Part shown: positions 58,291-64,000 of the stretch, one piece after another
How the letters are laid out: every line of letters begins with the position of its first letter
Numbering within the stretch: position 1 is the stretch's first letter
Origin: Vulcanimicrobiota bacterium
GTDB taxonomy: Bacteria > Vulcanimicrobiota > Vulcanimicrobiia > Vulcanimicrobiales > Vulcanimicrobiaceae
Reading direction: 5' to 3'
Assembly (NCBI GenBank): GCA_963777315.1
Contig: CAVZQC010000005.1
Span: forward strand, 160,001 to 224,000
DNA: 64,000 bases
Notes under the pieces: generated by a model
Database searches by the model: none
Seen by the model: only the letters and a program-made list of their open reading frames with translations
Told to the model about the DNA's origin: nothing
Made by a program: the position numbers and the translations under genes

Positions 58291-59183
58291 TTCGCGCAGA
58301 ACAACTCACGCGCTGTCCGGACGGCAACGCCCAGCTCGAGCGCCACTGCGTCTACACGGCGCGCTGCGAAATCGCAGGCATCGTCATGGAACTGTGCACG
58401 GACATCGCGGAAGTTGCGCGCCTGTTCGCGCTGCGATATGCCGATCATCCGGCCACGCGCGCGGCGGATTTCCGGTATTACGTCGCGACGGTGCGCGGCG
58501 GCTACGAATTTTGGTGCGCCCACGCCGCTTCCTGGAAATGGTCGCAAGGTCCGCTGCCTGCCGATGCGGTGGTGTTTTTGGCCGATGCGGTTACGATGGC
58601 CGCGCTCGTGCGCTTCGATCGCCGAATGTCGTCGATGCGTGCCGCCGGCGTCGAGTTTCGCGGGGCCGCCGCCGCCATCGCCGGACATTCGATCACGGGC
58701 AAAACGGCAACCCTGCTCGCATGCGTGCGGCGCGGCATGCGGGTGTACTCCGACGAGCGCGCGATTTTGCGGGAAGGCACGCTGCATCCGTTTCTGCGCC
58801 GGTGTTCGGTGCGCGCGGCCGGCGCGCGCCTGCTGCTGGCCGACAACGATGCCGAGCCGGTCGCCGACGCGCTGCGCACCGCACCCGAGCTGTCGCTCAA
58901 GACCTGTTTCGGCGAAACGGCAATCGCTGCGCCGGGTCCGCTGCGCGCGCTGTTCGTGCTCAACGGCACGGGCCATTGCGCCGCCCTCGAAGCAATCGAT
59001 ACCGCGGCTGCATTGCCGGCAATCGCGCGGTGGTTCGAAACTCGCGGCGACATGGTGGATCGCATTGCGCGGGCCATTGGGCTGCTGCGCGACGTGAAAT
59101 GCTACCGGCTCACGTTGGGAACCGCGGACGAGAGCGCGGCGGCTATCGCCTACGTTCTCACCCGAATCGCGGCCGTTTCGTGA
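58281..59183 (+). CDS. HPr-kinase-related P-loop protein (paralog)
   Basis: IAGHSITGKT Walker A, YSDE, HPFLR. Confidence 0.72.
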   Translation: MRVIRAEQLTRCPDGNAQLERHCVYTARCEIAGIVMELCTDIAEVARLFALRYADHPATRAADFRYYVATVRGGYEFWCAHAASWKWSQGPLPADAVVFLADAVTMAALVRFDRRMSSMRAAGVEFRGAAAAIAGHSITGKTATLLACVRRGMRVYSDERAILREGTLHPFLRRCSVRAAGARLLLADNDAEPVADALRTAPELSLKTCFGETAIAAPGPLRALFVLNGTGHCAALEAIDTAAALPAIARWFETRGDMVDRIARAIGLLRDVKCYRLTLGTADESAAAIAYVLTRIAAVS

Positions 59184-59455
59184 AGTATGTCCGAACCCGA
59201 TATTTGTGCGCGTGCATCGTCGTAACGGATGCCACGATACTGCTGGCGGGCATACCGCTTCAGCAATACAGTTTGAGCGTCGCCCACCGGCCGGTCGTCC
59301 ACACTCAAACGCTGCTCGCGCTGCTGATCGCCGACCTCGCGCTGCTGGGTTTGGCGCTATGCGGTTTCGCCGCCGCGTTCTTGCTTACGCGCCGAGGCGT
59401 TCAGTTCGCGTTCAAGCGCGTCGCCAAATCTTTCTCGCGACCCAACCGAGTGTAA
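59180..59455 (+). CDS. Small two-TM membrane protein
   Basis: GTGA overlap with the preceding gene; two hydrophobic segments. Confidence 0.5.
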   Translation: MKYVRTRYLCACIVVTDATILLAGIPLQQYSLSVAHRPVVHTQTLLALLIADLALLGLALCGFAAAFLLTRRGVQFAFKRVAKSFSRPNRV

Positions 59456-60407
59456 CGAACGAACAGACGGCGATGATCGCAAACAGCGACGTTTCGAGCA
59501 GAACGACGCCGGCGAACTGACTTCCGCCGCACAAAGCGACCGCGCTGGCCACCAGCGCGAGTTTCCATCGTCCGATTGGATTGGATGGCATGCCCGCCAA
59601 GTGCTGCGCCTGGGCTGCCAGCGCGCCCGGCGAAAATCCGACCGTTTGAACGATGTCGGCGATCTTGCCGTCCGGCGCGGTCAGGAAGACTTTGTCGTTG
59701 TGAATGAACGCCGCATCGCTCACGCGCAGCGACGAGATGCCGAAGCGATCGAGCAGATGCTGGATGTCCGACGGCCTGCCGGTGAGAATCGACCACGATC
59801 CCGCGCGCGCGCCGTACTGCGCGCCGTAACGCTGCAGAACCCAGGGCGAGTCGTAGGCCGGATCCAGCGTGATCTCCACCAAATGAAAACGGCGCGGATC
59901 CAAGCGCTGCTGCAGGGCGGTGAATTTCGCGCTGAGCGCCGGACATTCGTCTTTGTCCGGGCAGCGCGTGAAGATGAAACTGAGCAGCACGACTTTTCCG
60001 CGATAGTCCGAGGCGAGATCCACCAAACGTCCGGTTTGATCGACCAGCTGCGTGCGCGGAAGGCGCGAGCCCAAGTCGATCGGCACGACTTTACCGGTTT
60101 CGGGTAAGCCGGGTACGAATTGCGCCGCGATTGAAGCGTCGTACAACCGCCACGGCGTGCGCGAACGGTCCAGGAACGCGTCGATGCCCGTACCGGGCGG
60201 CGCGTTGAGCTGCGGCGTAATCGCAACGGCGCGGCTTTGCGCGGCGACCATTCCCGTCACCGGCTCGATGCGCACGACGACGGTGCCGCGCGAGCCGGCT
60301 CCGAGCACGACGCCGTGAACCGGAACGGCCTCGGGCGACGCGAGCGCCGCCATGCCCGGTACGGCCAGGAACGCAAGTGCGGCGATTAGCCCGCGCAAGA
60401 ACCGCAT
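59412..60407 (-). CDS. SCO family protein with N-terminal OB/CusF-like extension and C-terminal TM
   Basis: LVDQTG, FIFTRCPDKDECP, TLDPAYD, IHN. Confidence 0.85.
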   Translation of the reverse strand: MRFLRGLIAALAFLAVPGMAALASPEAVPVHGVVLGAGSRGTVVVRIEPVTGMVAAQSRAVAITPQLNAPPGTGIDAFLDRSRTPWRLYDASIAAQFVPGLPETGKVVPIDLGSRLPRTQLVDQTGRLVDLASDYRGKVVLLSFIFTRCPDKDECPALSAKFTALQQRLDPRRFHLVEITLDPAYDSPWVLQRYGAQYGARAGSWSILTGRPSDIQHLLDRFGISSLRVSDAAFIHNDKVFLTAPDGKIADIVQTVGFSPGALAAQAQHLAGMPSNPIGRWKLALVASAVALCGGSQFAGVVLLETSLFAIIAVCSFVTLGWVARKIWRRA

Positions 60408-60416
60408 CGCTTTGTC

Positions 60417-60986
60417 CTACGACACCAGCGCGCGCAGGTCATCCGCGATGGCGGCGGTGCTGGCGCTCGGCGGCAGCAGCTCGCACAGACGGCCGTCGTT
60501 GTCGAGCAGATAGATTGAACTGGTGTGGCCGATGTCGCCGTGCTGCGGCTCAACCGCTGCGCCGTACGCGCGATACACGCGCGCGAGCGCAAGCGGCGTG
60601 CCGGTCAGTCCGCGAGCGCGCACGTGCAGCGTGGAAAAGAACGCGCGCATTGCGGCGGGAGTGTCGCGTTTGGGGTCGACGGTTACCATGACGATTTGCA
60701 ACTGCAAGGGCGTCAGGCCGGCGCGCGAACGCGCCGCCGCGAGTTTGCGCAGCGTTTGCGGACAGACGTCCCGGCAATGCGTGAAACCGAAGTACAGCGC
60801 GGTGGAGCGGTCTGCGCGCGCGCCCAGCGCGAAGGCGGCGCCGGACTGGTCGGTCAAAACGAAGCGGTGCGCCGGCGCGGGCGGACGCAAGACCGTACCG
60901 TGCCGCGGCGGCGCTGCGGCGCACGACGCCGCGCAAATGCATGCCAGCACGATCGGTCCGTTTCTCAACGCGCGCGGGAACTGCAC
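60417..60986 (-). CDS. SCO1/SenC family protein
   Basis: YFGFTHCRDVCP, TVDPKRD, GHT. Confidence 0.9.
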   Translation of the reverse strand: MQFPRALRNGPIVLACICAASCAAAPPRHGTVLRPPAPAHRFVLTDQSGAAFALGARADRSTALYFGFTHCRDVCPQTLRKLAAARSRAGLTPLQLQIVMVTVDPKRDTPAAMRAFFSTLHVRARGLTGTPLALARVYRAYGAAVEPQHGDIGHTSSIYLLDNDGRLCELLPPSASTAAIADDLRALVS

Positions 60987-61073
60987 GATATCATCAGTCT
61001 AGGCGCGGGCGTCCATGCGGGTCTATGCCCGAAGTCATGCCGAAACCTCAGGACCGTGCCCTACCATAACCGC

Positions 61074-61520
61074 GTGGAACGAGCGCAAGCCGTAACGTTT
61101 GCCGTTCGCGTCCTGTTGGGCGCCTTGTTCGTCTTTGCCGGCGCGACCAAAATCGGCCATTTCAACGACCTCGCCGCCACGATAGCGGGGTTTCGGCTGT
61201 TGCCCGCTGCGGTCGTGGGTCCGTTCGCGGTGGTACTGCCGTTTTTCGAGATAGGCGTCGGCGCGTATTTGGCGCTGGGCCTGTTCACCCGCGCTGCGGG
61301 AATGGTTGCATGCGCCGCGCTGGTCGTGTACGCCGGGGCGATCGCCTCAGCGGTGATTCGGCACATTCCCGCGAACTGCGGCTGCTTCGGTCCGCAAGAC
61401 CGGGCTGCGGCTGATTGGCCGCACGTTTTCGTCGATTTGGCGCTGGCGGCGGTATGCGCGATCGTGGCGTGGCGCGCACCCGGTTCGTTCGCGCTCGATC
61501 GCCGCATGAGGAATGCATGA
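61074..61520 (+). CDS. MauE/DoxX family membrane protein
   Basis: RVLLGALFVFAG..K, LPFFE, CGCFG. Confidence 0.88.
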   Translation: MERAQAVTFAVRVLLGALFVFAGATKIGHFNDLAATIAGFRLLPAAVVGPFAVVLPFFEIGVGAYLALGLFTRAAGMVACAALVVYAGAIASAVIRHIPANCGCFGPQDRAAADWPHVFVDLALAAVCAIVAWRAPGSFALDRRMRNA

Positions 61521-62083
61521 ACGATCGCCGCATTTGGATCGCGATCACGGTCATCATCGTCGCGGTCGGCATTATTATCGCCATTCATTATGCGAACACG
61601 GGCGGCGTGCAGAAAAGCGTGACCTTGGCGCCCGTTTTGAGCACCGCGCAGCCCGGCCAAAAAGCGCCGCAATTTACGGCTGCGACGAACAAAGGCTATT
61701 TCGACTTGTCGAAAACCGCCAAGCCGGTGCTGCTGGAGGTATTTGCGACGTGGTGTCCTCACTGTCAGCGTGAAACGGCCGTCATCGACCGGCTGTACCG
61801 CCAGTACGGCGATCGCGTGGACTTCGTGGGCGTAACGGGCAGCGACACCGGCATGGACGGCAACTCGCCGGCCAGCGAACAGGACGTCATGAATTTCGCC
61901 GCGCGGCTGAACGCGCAATATCCGCTCGCGTACGACGGTTCGCTTCAAGTCGAGCGCGAATACCTGCAAGGCGGATTCCCGACGATCGTGCTGATCCGTT
62001 CCGACAAGACGATCGCGTACGTCACCAGCGGCGAAACGTCATACGACGAACTCAACGCCGCGATACAAAAAGTGCTGCGCTAG
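61517..62083 (+). CDS. TlpA-like thiol-disulfide oxidoreductase
   Basis: N-terminal TM, FATWCPHC, GFP. Confidence 0.9.
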   Translation: MNDRRIWIAITVIIVAVGIIIAIHYANTGGVQKSVTLAPVLSTAQPGQKAPQFTAATNKGYFDLSKTAKPVLLEVFATWCPHCQRETAVIDRLYRQYGDRVDFVGVTGSDTGMDGNSPASEQDVMNFAARLNAQYPLAYDGSLQVEREYLQGGFPTIVLIRSDKTIAYVTSGETSYDELNAAIQKVLR

Positions 62084-62087
62084 AACC

Positions 62088-62856
62088 TTAGTCGTTGGGC
62101 GGCAGCTGGTAATTCGGAGGCGGCACCACCGGGTTGCCCACTTCAAGCGTAACGCTCTGGTGCTCGCGCAGCGGAATGTCGGCCAACTTGCCGGCGTACG
62201 GAACGCCGTTGACGAACGCCGTAACCGGACCGCGGAACGGACCGACGCCGTCGCTGCCCAGCGGCTGTCCCCAAATGTCGAAGAACATGCCGAGCGTGAA
62301 CGGACCGCCGCTCGGCGGACTGACGTCGCCCGCTTCGACGTGAATGATGCCGCTGGGATCGTGCGTGTGTATCCAGTACAAACACCCGCCGCTTGCAGTC
62401 GGCGACATGCCGATGAACGCTGGGATTTGCACCGGCGTGCCGTTGTAAAACAGCGACAAATGGCTGTGAATGTGCAGTGCGACTTGTTCTGTCAGCTTCG
62501 CACGGAATGCCGTCCACCACTTGACCGCGTCCGCCCGCGACGGTGTCGGAGATGATGCCTTTACCGATGTTCGGCACGGGAAAACCGGTCGCTTTGCCCA
62601 CCGCCTGCCCATCCTTGAGTTTGATCGGCTTGGAAGTGGGTGAAGGTCCGGGCGTGGGCGTGCTGATGTTGAACGCCAGCGTCCGCGCACGCGAGGTGTT
62701 CGCATACCACGTCGAGATGCCGAATCCCGCGAGCACCAGCACGATGACCGCTGCGAAGCCGATGTAGATCGGCGTCATGGGATCGCGCTTTCGCGGCGGC
62801 GGAGAAGCGCCTCCGCGCGAATTTCGGCGGCGTTCGGCGCGGGATGGCTGACTCAT
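62088..62856 (-). pseudogene. Membrane-anchored His-motif protein, frameshifted near 62495
   Basis: MSQPSRAERR..TM..VDGIPCEA in one frame; TEQVALHIHSHL...CLYWIHTHDPSGIIHVE...TLGMFFDIWG in another. Confidence 0.7.
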
Positions 62857-62863
62857 GGCGCCG

Positions 62864-63886
62864 TTAGTTGACCCCCGCAGCGGTTTGGGCCTGCGCGGGG
62901 TCGAGCCGGCGGTCTGCAATCAAATAGTTTCGAACGTAATCGTCGACCGCCGTACTCAGCGGCGTCACCGGCTCGGTGTAGCCGGTGGAACGCAGCCGCT
63001 CGATCGCCGCGCACGTGTGATACTGATATTTATCGCGCAGCGCGGCCGGCATGTCGATGAACTCGATGCGCGGCGGAACGTTCAGCGCCGAAAAAATGGG
63101 ACGCACGAGCTCGAGCCACGTGTGCGCGATGCCTGAGCCCACGTTGAAGATGCCGCCGCTTTGCTGCCGGGCCAAGTGCAGCGTCATGGCGACGGCATCT
63201 TTGACGTAAATGAAATCCCGCCGTTGTTCGCCGTCGCGATAGTCGCTGCGGTGGCTCTTGAACAGCCGGATGCCGCCGGACTCGCGAATTTGGTGGAACG
63301 CTTTGTCGACCAGACTGCGCATGTCGCCTTTGTGCTGCTCGTTGGGGCCGAATACGTTGAAGTATTTTATGCCGGTGATGCGATCCAGCAGTCCCGTATC
63401 GCGAGCATGCACGTCGAAACGCTGTTTGGAGTAGGCGTACATATTGAGCGGGCGCAGCGTATCGAGGTTCAAGTCGTCGCGCAAATCGTGCTCGAGCGCG
63501 CCGTACGTGGCGGCGGAGGAGGCGTACACGAAACGAACGTCCCGCTCGACCGCCCATTGGGCGACGTTGACGGTATAGCGGTAGTTGTTGCGCATAAGGA
63601 ATGCGGCGTCCGTTTCGGTCGTTGACGAGCAGGCGCCGAGGTGAAACACCGATCGCACTTCGGGCAAAGAGCCCGGCCGTTCCGCAACGAGCGACTCGAA
63701 CGCATCGGCTTCGACGTAATCGTGAAAGCGCAACGGGACCAGGTTCTTCCATTTCTCGGACCTATCGAGGCGATCGACGATGATGACGTCGTCGATCCCT
63801 CGAAGATTGAGCGCCCAAACGATAGCGCTGCCGATGAAGCCCGCGCCGCCGGTGACGACGATGCGCCCACTGTCGAGATCGTGCAT
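62864..63886 (-). CDS. hldD: ADP-L-glycero-D-manno-heptose 6-epimerase
   Basis: TGGAGFIGS, FHLGACSSTTE, YASSAATYG, PLNMYAYSK, YFNVFGPNE.HKG.M, KYQY.T.A. Confidence 0.94.
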   Translation of the reverse strand: MHDLDSGRIVVTGGAGFIGSAIVWALNLRGIDDVIIVDRLDRSEKWKNLVPLRFHDYVEADAFESLVAERPGSLPEVRSVFHLGACSSTTETDAAFLMRNNYRYTVNVAQWAVERDVRFVYASSAATYGALEHDLRDDLNLDTLRPLNMYAYSKQRFDVHARDTGLLDRITGIKYFNVFGPNEQHKGDMRSLVDKAFHQIRESGGIRLFKSHRSDYRDGEQRRDFIYVKDAVAMTLHLARQQSGGIFNVGSGIAHTWLELVRPIFSALNVPPRIEFIDMPAALRDKYQYHTCAAIERLRSTGYTEPVTPLSTAVDDYVRNYLIADRRLDPAQAQTAAGVN

Positions 63887-63902
63887 CGTGAGCGCGGTTC
63901 GC

Positions 63903-64000
63903 CTAGAACGGCGCCGTTACCCGCAGCATAACGGTACGGCCGGCAGCGATTTGCGTGGTGTTGAAGCCGTTGGCGATCTTGATGATGTAGGGATGATCGA
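63903..64000 (-). CDS. 3' end of a gene entering from outside the window (C-terminal Phe; possible outer-membrane/TonB-dependent receptor)
   Basis: DHPYIIKIANGFNTTQIAAGRTVMLRVTAPF*. Confidence 0.5.
   Translation of the reverse strand, partial: DHPYIIKIANGFNTTQIAAGRTVMLRVTAPF

Noticed and set aside
9220..63870. Numerous other long antisense or alternate-frame ORFs in the track
   Set aside because: Expected in high-GC DNA; each overlaps a better-supported gene and lacks recognisable motifs.

Overview
High-GC bacterial chromosomal window. The gene content (lipoproteins with LAAC/LAGC lipoboxes, adenylate-cyclase/ATPase-TPR relics, RseB, an OM barrel, heptose genes) suggests a diderm soil Terrabacterium such as Ca. 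Eremiobacterota; this is inference only. Housekeeping blocks are accD-accA-ftsB-like-ppx, etfB-etfA, ECF sigma/anti-sigma/RseB, SCO/TlpA and hldD. They alternate with a large general-stress-like region (about 14-37.5 kb). That region holds a basic RKKST-repeat protein, a carbamoyltransferase/GT9/GT4/GmhB glycosylation cluster with divergent ugd-uxs-SDR, a HigBA-type TA pair, a Ku-less LigC plus LigD-polymerase locus, and a YqjD/E-like triad. Main highlights: (1) a 631-aa fusion of a catalytically degenerate LigD-type primase-polymerase domain, a winged HTH and an intact PD-(D/E)xK nuclease, divergent from ligC; (2) a tRNA-Leu(UAA) interrupted by a 235-nt group I intron at the cyanobacterial/plastid position; (3) a decayed 3.5-kb islet at that tRNA, bounded by an 18/21 direct repeat and carrying an AbiU2-like HEPN gene; (4) a palindromic bidirectional SigB/SigF-like promoter and recurrent GGGTA boxes; (5) several frameshifted genes, which may be real decay or sequencing indels. 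No CRISPR array or rRNA was seen. All family assignments come from motif recognition; no database searches were run.
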